A stretch of 64,000 nt of DNA from Rhizodiscina lignyota (taxonomy: Eukaryota), in assembly GCA_010015805.1 (NCBI GenBank), contig ML978123.1, positions 2,728,001 to 2,792,000 on the forward strand, read 5' to 3'. The notes below the pieces were generated by a model. It was given only the letters and a program-made list of their open reading frames with translations, was not told where the DNA came from and made no database searches. How positions within the stretch are numbered: position 1 is the stretch's first letter; each line of letters starts with the position of its first letter. Both the position numbers and the translations under genes were made by a program. Shown one piece after another: positions 1 to 13,340 of this stretch.

Positions 1-438
1 ACAGCTCCCTGATAGTTTCTGAATTCATGTCATGGAGGATGAGTATTCATGGCACAAATGGAGTGCATCAGGCGAGCAGAGAGGAGATGACACCCGTTAT
101 ATCGCGCTAGTCCTTATTGGGAGTTGAGTGTGGTCAATGCTGGTAACAATCGCTCTTAAATTCTACTCTGCTAAACGTTAACACATGTACTTTGTATTGA
201 TACACAGTTCCCAGAAGCAACTTCATTCATCAGCTTTGAAGCACTCGAAAGAATGTGGGAAGGTAGAAGTGTCCGCAAAGTGACTCCATATCACGTGACA
301 GGAATTCAAACCTCCACCTCCGGACATTGACGACACTCCATGAATGCCGGAAAGCATCTGAGAGCAGTTTACATGCGCCACGCTTGCAGGGTGTTTCACT
401 TAAGCTCCGTTGTATGATGTCCATGTCTCCGATGCAAC

Positions 439-2265
439 ATGTCGAAAGATCTGCTGGCGGATTTAGACGACTTTTACCAACCTTCGGCCGCCGGACAACA
501 ATCGAACAATAATGTCCAGGCCAATTTCTTGTTCTTTGACGACGCCAATTCAATCTCTCAGCCGGCTCAGCAGCATAGACTACAAAGTAGTGCGGCAGCC
601 CCTAACTATAGTCTCCAAGCCTCCGACGTTGGAAGGTCTTTCCCTTCTTCGATCCCCAGCAATGTAAATCAAGATGATGATGATTGGGGGGATTTTGAAG
701 ACGCACCGGCATCAGCTGAAATTCAAGAGATGAATATATCGGCACAGCCCTCCAATCGTGTATTCCAGGAGCAGCCGGTAGCATCCAGATCGCCACAGCA
801 GACAACAGTCGACCCATTCGACCTGATTTTAGCGACTGTCCCCCAAGCTCACCCAAGCTCGCCAAACATTCCGAGCAGCATAGTTACAGCAGCGCCAAAG
901 AAGGCTGAAAGAATATCCAGGGACCCAAATGTTATCTTTGATGTGGATGAAGACCAGTTTGACGACGATTTCGGAGATTTTGAAGACGCAACACCAAGCG
1001 AGCCTGTTGCGCCTCAGAAACCGTCGGAGCCAGTTCAGCAAATAAGCCAAAATTTGCTCGACTTGGACTTTGGCAGCCCCACAGCAAGCGCCAAAGGCGA
1101 GACGCAACCGCCATGGCAAACACAGAGCCAAGTATCGTCATTTCGCGTTCCTGCTACACCCAGTGCTAGTCACACGACACAGTCAACGGAGAAAGCAAAT
1201 ACTTCCGTAAACGAGGATCCTTGGGGCGAATTCGATGATAGAGAATCGACACCGGAGGTGAATATCAGGCCAAAGCAGCAAACCAGCCTTGGTTCTAGGT
1301 CCAATGACCGTAAATCGAGTCATAGAGACATATGGGATGACTTCACCAGCGCTGGCGACAAGCCAAAGTCCGATTCAAAATCATCACGGACTACTAAACA
1401 GAAGCCAGCCCCAAAAATTGCCGTATTAACGAACACTACGGATGATGATGCATGGGATGACTTCGAATCATCCGTACCTACTCAACCTCCAGCACCTGAG
1501 CAAGTCTCATCTTCAACAACTCAGCCTCCTTCTCTACCAAATTTCTCTCCCGTCCTTTCAGAAACCTCCCCAATACCAACCCTACCACCAACGAACATTC
1601 CGCCTCCATCTCTCCTCCTGACCCTCTTTTCACCTCTCATCTCCACCGCACAATCCTCCTTTTTCCAACCCCTCTCCTCTCTCTCCACCACCGCGCGAAC
1701 ATCCGCACTCTCCCACCTCCAGACCTATACCTTCCTAAAGGCCTACCTTGCCCTCGCGACCGTCGCCGCGCGCGTCATCGCGGGCCGTAAGCTGCGCTGG
1801 AAACGGGACTCCCGTCTCGCACAGGGCATGCGGATTGGTGTGGCTGGCGGAAAGGGAATGAAGCTCGCGGGGATTGATCGAGGCGAGCTGGCGAAGGAAG
1901 ATCGTGAGGTGGCAGACGTGATTCGGGTGTGGAAGGAGCAACTGGGAAAAGTGAGGTCCGCTGTCGTGCAGGTCAATTCATTGGCAGCGAAAGCGGAAGA
2001 TCCGGCGGTCTCAAGGAGACAAGCACTCTCTGCGGTACCGGAGTTGAGAGAGACTATGGTGGTGAAGGTAGCCAAGGAGACGGAAGGAGGTGTGCCGAGT
2101 CGGCGGCCTTGTGCACTATGTGGGTTGAAGAGGGAGGAGAGGATTGTTGGTGTAGAGGAAGAGGTGGGTGATGTGTTTGAGGAGTGGTGGGTTGAGAATT
2201 GCTCTATGCATAGATGGTGTGCGAACTTTTGGGAAGAGCAAGGTGATAAGTTGAGATCACGATGA
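439..2265 (+). CDS. Uncharacterised fungal protein with acidic W/F-G-D/E-F repeats and a C-terminal CxxC...HxxC motif (candidate clathrin-adaptor accessory protein)
   Basis: Single 608-aa ORF. Motifs DDDWGDF, DDDFGDF, DPWGEF, IWDDF, AWDDF, LLDLD; C-terminal CALC and HRWC. Confidence 0.8.
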   Translation: MSKDLLADLDDFYQPSAAGQQSNNNVQANFLFFDDANSISQPAQQHRLQSSAAAPNYSLQASDVGRSFPSSIPSNVNQDDDDWGDFEDAPASAEIQEMNISAQPSNRVFQEQPVASRSPQQTTVDPFDLILATVPQAHPSSPNIPSSIVTAAPKKAERISRDPNVIFDVDEDQFDDDFGDFEDATPSEPVAPQKPSEPVQQISQNLLDLDFGSPTASAKGETQPPWQTQSQVSSFRVPATPSASHTTQSTEKANTSVNEDPWGEFDDRESTPEVNIRPKQQTSLGSRSNDRKSSHRDIWDDFTSAGDKPKSDSKSSRTTKQKPAPKIAVLTNTTDDDAWDDFESSVPTQPPAPEQVSSSTTQPPSLPNFSPVLSETSPIPTLPPTNIPPPSLLLTLFSPLISTAQSSFFQPLSSLSTTARTSALSHLQTYTFLKAYLALATVAARVIAGRKLRWKRDSRLAQGMRIGVAGGKGMKLAGIDRGELAKEDREVADVIRVWKEQLGKVRSAVVQVNSLAAKAEDPAVSRRQALSAVPELRETMVVKVAKETEGGVPSRRPCALCGLKREERIVGVEEEVGDVFEEWWVENCSMHRWCANFWEEQGDKLRSR

Positions 2266-3405
2266 ATGTCTCATAAAAGGAGTCATTTGGATATATGTGG
2301 ATATTGTCAGGTCCTCCTGACACTTTTACCCCTTTTCAACTCTTGGAGATGATTTCGTCTTCTGCCAGGAGCATTGGAAAGAAGGCGATATATCGACGGC
2401 AATGACTATAACTGCAGTATCAAGTTATAACCTACTTTAATGTCTGCCAATGGCCTCGACCGGTATTTGATGCTGATTGGCTGCATGATATATGATATTT
2501 AGCATCATGTGAAAGACATGGGGAAGCCGGATATAGAGGGCCATGGATTGTTCTAGCCCTACAATTCGTACGACAGAGGCCTGTCCATGCGGCTGACAAT
2601 GCTGGGATTGTGCATGTCATTGGCCTGCTAAATATGATACATCAGATAAACCTTCAACTCTACGGCCGCCGAAGCGTCCCGCTAGTTACAGCGGCATCCA
2701 TTCCTGCCCTTCAGCCTGCGAAAACCTCAGTGCTGACAGCACAGAGTTGCGGGAAGTTTGCATGGTAAAGGATTCGAGGAGCTGCAGCTTGCTGGATCAG
2801 GCTACGCTCTAGGCTCTTCTGCATTCTGTATCTGAACGCTTGATGGGCATCGTCAAATCTGCAATGCAAGACGGTCTGCGCGTGACATGCCACGAAGGAG
2901 TTCTGCACGTGAAGCTTGATCAGGCCATGGCTCACGGAGAAGTGGCACGGAGTACAGGCCGTAGCAATTGCTTCTGTACAAAGCAGCAGTGGAACAGTCG
3001 CCATATATTGTGCAACGGGCGGTGGTATAAGCAGCAGATAAAAAGACACACTCCAATAGGCGCCACTTTCGGCCGCGTGGGGCAGAGATCGTCTTCAACG
3101 TCTGCTGCCGAACCTCGAAACTCTCACTAGTCTCATCCGCGACCGAACGTCACTCATCCACCCATCCAGCACTCCCTCCTCTCATCCGAACCTGGCGTCC
3201 TCTCACGCACTCGCTGGGCGGAATTGGCGTTGACGTCTGTCTATTAACACGAGCCACTGCAACACACCCTCGCTACACCCCGCGACCGAACCACGTTCTC
3301 CCACCCACCCTTGCCGTCTCTCCGCGACTCGACCCTGCAACCTCTCAACGTACCTGAACCACCCTCATCCCATACTCAAGGCCCTCGCTGGCCGTCTTGA
3401 TTGGA

Positions 3406-6400
3406 ATGCGCGCGCAATCTGACAATGGTGAGTGGCCTTCTCTTCGAGTCTTCTCCGCCGTGAACGCCGTCGGCAAGTCAGCCGACACCCCACATGCTAC
3501 GCGCGGACCTGTGCCTGGGGAACCACGAGACTTGGATCAGACGACATCCTGTTCGAGGCTCCAGGACGTACCAGTACCTATGTCCATTCCAAGGCATTCA
3601 GCCTCATCTTCACCGCTCCTTCCGGCTCTCTTCCCTTGCTTCATTTCTCTGCTGAACATTGCACGTTCCGCAACATTATTCCATATCAAGATGCTCTGCG
3701 GCGATGCTGCCCTTGTCTGCCCTTTGGCACTGTCACTTATGGTTTGCTAACAAGAGTTATCATGTAGGCGGCACCGAGGAAATTACGCAGATCATATCAG
3801 AGCCAACCTCGAAGGCTCCCGCGGTCGAGGTCCAGCTCACCAAGAATAAAAGCACGGGAAACCTCTTCTCACATGGCTCGGACTCCACCGTCACCTCAGA
3901 GAAGAGTAGGCAGAGGCTGTCCTTCGACGAAGGGGCAATTTATGACATGGACAGGATCTCAAAGTATGCCGCAGCTCCGAAGAACCCAGAGACTGTTATC
4001 TGGTTCAAAGCGTGATGCTAAAGAAGACATACAGATCTCCCATAATTCCAGAGCACGAACACGGGTTGGGTGCCTCTGGCCTCCGACGCATCCGCCAGAC
4101 TCCTTCAGCCACCAGACCTCCCCTTCTGCCAACACGAAGCTCGTCCGCTAACCTCACTGCTGATGCATCCGCACTCCGATTACCGCCTCCTAGCCGCAGC
4201 GCGTCTGGTTCTCTTATATCGGGCCCAGCCTCTCCAACAATCAACTTCTCCGAAGACCTAACCCGCTTTCCGTCCGAATCATTGCATTCCTTCTCCTTCG
4301 CCCACCAATCCGAAGACAGCATTTACAGCCGGCAGAATGTTTTGAAGCGTTCGATAGATTTCATGCGGGATAAGTTGGGCTGGGCTGCAACAAATCCCGG
4401 CATTGCACAAGCTCAAGCAAAGTTGAGTGGAGACCAAGAAGTGCAGAGCATGATGGAATTGCTTGCTAGAGCAAACCTGATCGGACAAGACGCACCGGCA
4501 GCGCATGGATTAGGATTCGCCGGGCCGATAACAGGACCAGCGGACGTGTCAGGCGAGAATGTCTTCGAGAAGAGCTTCCTTCCCAGGTCACAAAGTCCAG
4601 AGAGCATGCAGTCAGAATCGCCGAAGAGCTCGTCGAACGCTGCCACACCGACTCTCGCTCAACCTCCTCGAGCTCCCGAAGTTACCGGAGCAAAGGCTGG
4701 AGATCCAGAAGCTTTGGCTAACCACATCTCTCGCGTTCTATCACAAGACGAATCACCACCCTCTCGACCACAACTGCCACATCTCACCATCCCTCCCCGA
4801 GCTGCTCTCAAACGTACACTCACGAGTATCGACGACGTTAGCTTGCACAACAGACTTTCAGAAGCGCTTGCCGAGCCCTATGTTGTGAACGACCCCAACG
4901 CGGACACGATCATCTCTCCTATAGGGATACCTACTACCGCAGCTCCGTCACACGCACTACCGCTTGCGACACCTCTCACTAGCGCCCCGCATGGTCATGG
5001 AAATAAGTGGACACCTGCTGCACAAGCTATATTTACAACGGAAGCACAAGCGCCGTGGACAATCACTGCAGCAAATGATCTTGCATGTCTCGTTTTTGGT
5101 GTCACAAGAGCTGAAGTGCGCAAGCTTGGCATACTAGAAGTTGTATGCGAGGAGCGGCGGAAGTGGCTTGAGGAGAAGTTGCGCGATCCCGACGGGGGCA
5201 GCACACGGAAGAACAGCGCGGCGTACAGCCAGAATCAGACAACAAGTCCTACTACGACTACCTTGAATGTTGGCAGTGGGCTCACGGCGCGATTATTGAG
5301 CAAGCCGAACTCGAGACAATCAGGAGGTAATGGCAATGGAGTTGGCATCAGTGCATCATCTTCTGCGGCGAAGAGGAGGGCGCAGACTGATGATGGCAGC
5401 GGCTCAAGCTATGCATCAAACAGCAAGACAAAAGGAGGATTGAACCATACACCGCATAAGAGTCGGGGCGTTCTACTATGTGGTGATGTGGTTCCGATTC
5501 AGAAGCGGAATGGCGCCCGAGGCGCTGCATCGCTTTGGGTGAAGGAGAAGAGAGGTGGACTGATCTGGGTCTTGGAAGAGATCGCCGAGGATGTGGTATA
5601 CGTCACTGTCGACGAGGTTGGATGCGTCAATCAAGCACACGGAGATACAGAAGCAGTATGGGGATACGAGAGGATTAGGCGGGGTATGGATGTTAAGAGG
5701 CTCATTCCCGCGATTCCAAAACTCAAGGGCACGAACACTGGGGCGCTGGACTACGATGAAATTTCTGAAACGAGGACGTACACTGCGAAGACGAGCAACA
5801 ACATCTCGATCCCGGTCACTGTGCATCAACTTAGCGGCGAGCCGACTTTCAGAGTCAGCAGCTTTCCGCACATTGCAGGCATCATGGTGCTGAATGCCAT
5901 CTCTCTGGAAATAACGAGCTCTAACACGGTTTTCTCGGCGGCGCTATTCGGTCAGAACAAGCCAGATGGCTGTCACATTAACAAACTGATCCCAAACTTC
6001 GACAGCATCTTGCATTTGATGACGGATGAGGATAAGATTCATCTCGTTGATGGTATTGTCATTCCAGAGCACAGCTTTCGACGTGCGAGGGCACTGTTAG
6101 CGATGAGAGAAGGGAAGGGCGACGTTGCAAATGCGTTCTTGAGACCCAGTGGACTACCGGCGAAGCACAGGGACGGCGACGACATCATGGTTGACGTTCA
6201 GATGAGGGTAGTGAAGAGCGACAGGAGCGATCCACATACCGACACTCATGGCGTTGACGAAAGGAGCGAAGAGGAATTGCTTGGCATACCGCAAGACGTG
6301 CAGCAGCCTGAATCGGAGGTGGTGTATGCACTCTGGATCACGTATTCGAGACAGCTCCATGCTGCTAATCACGGCATTGCTACGCCGCTGATGTCGAGAC

Positions 6401-7588
6401 CCGGAACGCCACCGAGGCAGCCATCGCCAGGTCAAGCTATTTCCATCGTCCATCCCGAGGAAATGGATGGGACCGGAGATGTGCAGAGGGCATCGCCGCC
6501 AGTTTCTCTCCTCACTCAGCAACTCAAGGGTGGTGTCATACCTCCAGCTACGCAGACGTCTTCCTCGGAGTCGTCCCTTTCGACAGGCCTCTCTTCACAA
6601 AGCTCTAACTCCTTAGAGGTGGCCAACCCAGATGCGACGCCAACTACCACGACTGCAGCGTCACCGCCGATGAAAAAGACGATCCAGGACTTCGTTGTGC
6701 TTGAGGATATGGGTCAGGGTGCGTACGGCCAGGTCAAGTTATGCCGCTACAAGAAGCCTCCTCAGAACAAGGTTGTCATAAAATACGTCACTAAGCGTCG
6801 CATTCTTGTCGACACGTGGACCCGAGACCGAAGGCTCGGCACTGTCCCACTGGAAATCCACGTCCTGGATTACCTGAGAAGGGGCAACTTGAAGCACGAG
6901 AATATTGTCGAGATGTCAGACTTCTTTGAAGACGACGTTAACTACTATATCGAGATGGTTCCGCACGGATTGCCGGGCATGGACCTGTTCGACTACATTG
7001 AGCTGAGGGTCAACATGGACGAAGCCGAGTGCAGGAAGATCTTCGTACAAGTCGCAGAGGCGGTCTGGCATCTGCACGCCAAGGCGAAAGTCGTGCACCG
7101 TGACATTAAGGACGAGAACGTCGTGCTGGACGGCGAGGGCAGGATCAAGCTGATCGACTTTGGGAGCGCGGCATATATCCGCAATGGGCCTTTCGATGTC
7201 TTTGTTGGCACCATTGGTGCGTATTTCCCATCTTTCACCCCTCTCCTCAGTCCCAGGACTACCGCACTAACACCGCTGCCTCGTAGATTACGCTGCCCCT
7301 GAAGTCCTCGCTGGGGCCTCCTACCGCGGCAAGGAACAGGATGTGTGGGCGCTCGGCATCTTGCTCTACACGATCGTGTACAAGGAGAACCCGTTCTACA
7401 GCATCGACGAGATCATGGACCACGACCTGCGCGTACCGTACGTCATGAGCGAGGAGAGCATCGACCTCATCCGCAAAATGCTGAATCGCGATGTCGAGAA
7501 GCGCATCACGATTGGCCAGGTACTAGCGCATGAGTGGTGCAGGGAGGTGGTGGGCGATGAGGTGGAAGGTAGAGTTGGCGAGGGCTGA
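3406..7588 (+). CDS. PAS-domain Ser/Thr kinase (Psk1/Psk2, Ppk6 family)
   Basis: Kinase motifs GQGAYG, HRDIKDEN, DFGSA. Intron 7217-7286 (GTGCGT...CTAAC...TAG) restores GTIDYAAPE. PAS-like AIFTTE..PWTI..ANDLACLVFG. Probable 5' exons 3406-3427 and 3768-3963 (introns 3428-3767 and putative 3964-4010). Alternative start ATG 4015. Confidence 0.9.
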
Positions 7589-8763
7589 TGAATCTGAAGC
7601 CTGCGTTGTAGTGTTTGAATTCGAACTTGGACGATTTTGAAAGGAAGGGCAAGCGAGGAGCGCTTGTAACGCACATCCCGATTCTCGCCTCGAATGGGTT
7701 TGGGACAGGATTGGGGATCGGGATCATGGGCACGCTAGGCGTTGATAGGATACCCCAAGATTGCGGGCTCGACGCCAGCCGCAGGAGCGTGATAAAGTAT
7801 TAGTTATGTGTGTATGTATCTTATGGCGGAAGTGTGATCCGCAAAATGCAACAATTGCAAAGTCTATTGGGGCAATGTTTCTTCTGTCAATCTTTGCAAA
7901 TCTCAGTCTCCCCTTTACTGCCATTCACTTACGACATTTTCTTGTACTTGAGTGAGCGGCCAGCGTGGAAGAACTGGGTCGAGCTAGGTGATCACTCGAA
8001 ATAATCTACTTGAAGTGATCTACGAAATAACGCGGTATAGCGCGTAAACTTTTATACTATGTTCCGGAAGTAAAGTGAGCCGTAATGGATAGTTTTTATC
8101 ATATACGTATACCGGTCTCTGGTACACGGTCAAGGCTGGAGTAGATAGTCCACAACCTGGGCGAGTGCTACTGCGCCGTGGCAATCAGGCGAGCAGTGGC
8201 GGAACATGCACATTTACTGGTGGCGCTGGTAGTTGAAATGAGTTGATGAGGAGCACCGTAGGCTGGCGAGGAGATGAGTAAGTGATAAAAGACGTATGTG
8301 GAATTTACATAGAATCCGATGAGATATGTGCGATTGTCTGAGGTATTGAAGTAGCCAGTGGGGGCGTCGATGATGAGTGCATCGTGATTCGAGAGAGGCA
8401 TGCTCTGACTGAAGCTATGCTCGAAAGCAACTGTCAACCCCACAAAGGGGAGGAAGAAGACTGTTGGCTGCGTTGCTGTGCTGTAGCACGAAATGTGCGG
8501 CAGTCTCCACTCCGGTCCGCAGACTGACGTCCAAGCACTGGATGCTTGTGCAGCGGGTTCTCCACCGGCATCACCAACTCAACCTTGAAGAAATCTGAAA
8601 TAAAAACTGATAGGCTATTCAAACATGCTGCTCCAACAACAATTGCTGGGGATCCCTTGAATATGCACGTGACACGGGATAATGTCCTGGAAGATGGTCT
8701 AACTGAAAAGTCATGATTTTGAGTCTCGACTTTCGCAGTCCGAAGCTCTTGTTCGTTCTGGGT

Positions 8764-10719
8764 TCACTCATAATCCTCCTCTATTCTTTCCCCTTCCCTA
8801 GCTCGAGCTGCTTCGTACCGCTTCTGCAAGGTTGCCGCCACTTTTCGAGCGTCATCGCCGTACTCCGCGAGGTCCTCGATTAACTTCGGTGTGCGAACGT
8901 CCACAGTCGTAAGAGCCTTCTTTGCCAACGCAAAAACAGTTCCAACTCGCGGTTTGTGGCCCTGCGCCAGCATTTCAAAATAGTACCTGAACGCGTCTTC
9001 AAAGTCGCGTTCTCGAACACACACCAGCACAAGTCGATCGTAGGTGAGTGTGTTTGGTTTGATCTTGAAGGCGACCATCTCAGAAACAAGAAACATAGCA
9101 ACAGCCTTGTCCTTGCCGCTGCGAAGACCGCGAAATAGGGTGTTGTACGTATCGATATCACGCCCGACCTCGCAAATCTCGTCGAACTTTTTGTAGTACT
9201 CGATTGCCTTTGGCAGATCCTTTCCCCAAAGAGCCGACTCGATCAGGGTATTCATGGCGACCGGAGGTACGACTCGTTCGTCTTTGAGGCTTTGCATCAG
9301 CTTAAAGGCTTTCTCACGGCGCGCTGGATCGGCCTGTAGGTAGAACACGATCGGTCTTGCGGTTCCCATATCTGGAGGCGTGCCAGCATCATGCATGACG
9401 CAAAGCACTGTCAATGCGCTTTCAAGGTCTCCAGACTTCATATAGGCTGCGAGTAGAAGCTCGTAGTGTTCATGTTCGAAGACTGCGTGACGGTGGCCAA
9501 GGACGCGGAAGACATCCGTCGCAAGCTCAGGGTCTCCATGTCTTGCAGCGATCTTCAGGGCGTTCAGACAAATTCCGGATGATGGATTCAAATAGCCAGG
9601 AATGACTCTTCTCTTCCACACAAAATTTGTGCATTCACGATGGAGGGCCTCGCTCGCCAAATCCAACAAGGTCCACCATATCGTGGCCGATATGTTCTGC
9701 TCCGTTGCGCTCACGCGTGTCTGCATGACACGCATGGCCTGCTCAAACTCCCCGGCATCACAGAGCATATGAAGTGTCATGTCGTATAGCCAGGGTTTGA
9801 TTTCCGCGCCGGAATTCCGGAGGCTTGACAGCATCTCCAGTGCCATTTCCAATTGGCCTTCTCGTAGATTTCCGGCAATGACATCATGGTGTCCATCAAC
9901 TGAGAGTGTGTACCATTTCGAGCGCATATAGTCGAGGACCTCGTTTCGGAGCACAAAGTGAGGGTGGACAGAGAGGACCTATGCTTGTCAGTCTGGTCCG
10001 CAAGGCGCAGCGAAGAAACTAACTTTTAAAACATCATGGCACAGAGCAGAGTCTGCTTCGAGCCCTTCCTCCCTCAACTCTTTCAAGTACGCTGCAACCC
10101 ATAGAGCTGATCCCGCCGGAGCGCTAACGTGGCTCAAAATTAGATTCGCATAGAGCCTCAAATTGAGTGGCTCTTTCCTTTCTTTCACAAGAAATGCCGC
10201 TATGCGATGCACACTTATGACTTCTCCTCTTCGAGCTGCAAATCGCATGCGGTGATAGATTGTGTCATTTGTGTTCGATTCCAGCATCGTCATCAGCTCC
10301 TCCCGCGATTTATAGCCGCCGAGAACGAGCCCATGGCTCATACCACCAGCCTCATTCACATCTCCGCCTGCCGATATGTTCCATGACTGCCGCTCTCGCC
10401 GGAGTGCTTGGTCCCAATTCTGTAAGAGACTCTCCCGTCTCTTCTCGACATTTTGCCAATGTTTCCGTTCCCTACGGACACTCGCAGGATCGAGTGGCGC
10501 CAAGTGTGATGGCGTGTGTTCAGTCGTCTGAACATTTTCGGTCTGAAGAAATCGTCTTTGCGCTGGTAATTCGACGCGCTTCCTCGCGATCGAACTTGCC
10601 CATACCCAAGGCCGGGTCCGGGTCAAGGCGTTGGAGCGTGCAAGGAAGACCGGCGACGCATAATGCCACATGCAGTCTGCCGCCACCGGGATTGTGATCT
10701 TAGTAGTAACATTGTGCAT
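8764..10719 (-). CDS. Pentatricopeptide-repeat (PPR) protein, probably mitochondrial
   Basis: Two ORFs joined by intron 9979-10023 (GTTAGT...CTGAC...TAG). Helical ~35-aa repeats such as TYNTLFRG and PNTLTYDRLVLVC. Basic N-terminus. Exact start uncertain. Confidence 0.85.
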
Positions 10720-11280
10720 TGAGGAGAGATTGGAGTGTCCAAAAACTTCGAGAGCGCCGAGATTTTGTGCTAGAGATACTGCGGTCTTGGCAATTCTCGG
10801 AAGTGGAACCGAGGTTCCAATTTTCAGGGGGTAAGCACCTCACTCGTAGATTCGCATAATGCTCTTGTACATATACAGTAGGTTGGTGAAAGTGAATGCA
10901 AGTGTTATTGGACGGACTGTAAATAGGCGTGCAAGTCAATTACAGCATAGACAAATGAAGAGTGAACAGATGAAGCCTCCATCGTGCCTTATTTATAAAT
11001 TACGCGTTTGAAAGGACTACGCCGAACTCGGTGTAACTGAGTTAAGATTATACTTGATCATAAGCTTCATCTGCAGACTGGACTTGGAGCTAAAGCGAGG
11101 CAGAGGTGATCGTAAACGTCACCTAGTTAAACAGCTGTGATGAAGTCTAAGCTTGCCATTCACCACCAAAGTAACCCCACATTTGCCCCACGTCTCAGCC
11201 CTACAATGAACTTTTAGCTTCCCAAACGTCACTGCCCACGTACTATTGATCATTTCAGATCACTCAAGACAAGATCACAA

Positions 11281-11711
11281 ATGGCGCCGAAGAACAAAGG
11301 AAACTCGAAAGGAGATTCTTCCAAGTCAAAAGACGACTCTTCCAGCAAGGGCAAGCTCAAGCCAGCGAACAGCATCAACGTTCGACACATTCTTTGCGAG
11401 AAGCACTCCAAGAAGGAAGAAGCGCTTGCCAAACTTAGAGATGGAACCAAATTCGATGAGGTAGCACGAGAGTTCTCAGAGGATAAAGCTCGACAAGGTC
11501 AGTATTTTCGAGTTCTGCTGAGAATTCAACGCTCGCATACTTACAAATATCAATAGGAGGCTCTTTGGGATGGAAGACACGCGGCTCACTGATACAAGAC
11601 TTTGAGAAAGTCGCGTACGAGCTGGAACCTAGCACGACGGCAAATCCAAAGTGGGGGGAGGTGAAGACGTCGGAAGGGTATCACATCATGATGGTAGAGG
11701 GACGAAAGTGA
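11281..11711 (+). CDS. PIN4: Parvulin-type peptidyl-prolyl isomerase (Par14/PIN4)
   Basis: INVRHILCEK...FSEDKARQ, then intron 11498-11556, then GGSLGW...KTSEGYHIMMVEGRK*. Confidence 0.95.
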
Positions 11712-11961
11712 TAGAGAATCTTGTTGCATGTCAGAGAGGGCAGTTTTGTCCCCATTCAAGAGTGCTTCTGAATACACTATAACAAAACCTTTTGGAACCA
11801 TGCGAGTATGCTAAAGCCAGCACATATACCCACCACCTCGTATATTGCGTTCCTTCGTCTAACCGTACCACATTCCCAGATCCTGATCTTGCCTAATACT
11901 GCAAATGCCTCCCCTTACGCCTGTTTCTGAGCCAAAATGAAAAGCTTAATTCGAGTCCCCT

Positions 11962-13039
11962 TCACACGTCTCCTACCCACCCATAGACTATGCCCACAAT
12001 GGCACTGGCCGCAACCCAGAGTGCTGCCCACCCTGCTGCACCGGCACTCTCAGCACCATCTATAGTCACAAAGGTACGCATCCAGCAGTTCGCGCCTTGC
12101 ATAGCCAGAAGCACACCAACTCTCCTTAGAAGAACCTTCGTTCTAAAGCTCCAGCCCCAGACATTGTGGACGAACGTCTCGCCTAGAGATGCGGTCTCCG
12201 GGTTAAATGCAGTCTTCTTTATGTCCCCGAGATTTGGTTGCGCAGCTGTTGATGGATCAAAGAGGAAAGTACGCGCCGACCAGCCGAGTGGAATTGCGCA
12301 AGCGATGAGAGAAGGTAGAACGGTCGTATGAGCGATCTCGAAGGATCGCAAACCGTCGAAGTGCGATGCGAGGAATGCGGGGAGCCACGTTGAGTAGGAG
12401 CCGTAGACAGTCACCGCGTAAATGCCTGCCGCAAGGACGATGTTCAGCGTTATAATTGAGACATCATTTATGATATCTTTGTTCGGAACAGCGGACTTTG
12501 GTGCCGCTGCATTGTGAGCAGGAGCCTTCGGACGGAGTAATTGGAATGGTAAGGCAAGCGCAAGGACATCGACAGAGAGACAAGTTGCTGATGTTGTCCA
12601 GGTGATTTGATAGAACGTGGTGAGGAAGTAGAAGAAGGGACCGTGCGTCAGAATCGTGAGGGCGGCCAGGTCGATATCTGCACATCAATGAAATGTCAGT
12701 CATTAATAAATATGGCCTGAAGTAGCTTCAATCGGCGCGATCACAGAAGTACATACAGTCAAACTTCAGATACCACCCCACCGCAAGTTCTAAGATCTTG
12801 AAGCCCAGAAAGGCCGCAGGTTGCCAGGGCTCTGTAAGCGTTCTGCTTACTTTCGATAGTTCATAGTTTGATAGAGGCGCGACGAATTCGTAAAGAAAGG
12901 TGTGGATGGAGAGACTGATGAAGGCCAACAGAGGGAATCGCAACAGTGCAGGCAGCCGTGACGCAGGAATGGGAGGTTTTCCTGCATTCGTAGGAACGAC
13001 AGCGCTGTCGCGCTGAAGCATTTCTTTACGCGAAACCAT
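11962..13039 (-). CDS. Uncharacterised multi-pass membrane protein
   Basis: ATG 13039. Intron 12678-12756 (GTATGT...CTGAC...CAG) joins hydrophobic segments in frame through to the stop at 11962. Confidence 0.8.
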
Positions 13040-13340
13040 CTTTGGGCTGATTGAAAGAGTGACAAAGGAAATCAGGCAGACCAAGAGCTTGACTTGCGCG
13101 CAATGTGGGCGTCGGTGTGCTGATGAGGCGAAAGTAAGTGGCTGGCAGGGAAACGGAGGTCAAAGCTCAAGCTCTCTCGGAACTTTAACACTACGTCATG
13201 CATCGCGAATTTCCGTTTGCAAACAGAAGAACTTCTATTTCGATTTCCGTTTATTCAAAAGGCTAACAGTATAATGAACTTAAAGGGACCAATCATATGA
13301 GCCTCAAACTCCGAATACATGTCTCCACAAAGTTAGACCG

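Noticed and set aside
8370..8412. C-box ATGATGA followed by CTGA (box C/D snoRNA?)
   Set aside because: About 45 nt is too short, and no terminal stem or recognisable guide sequence.
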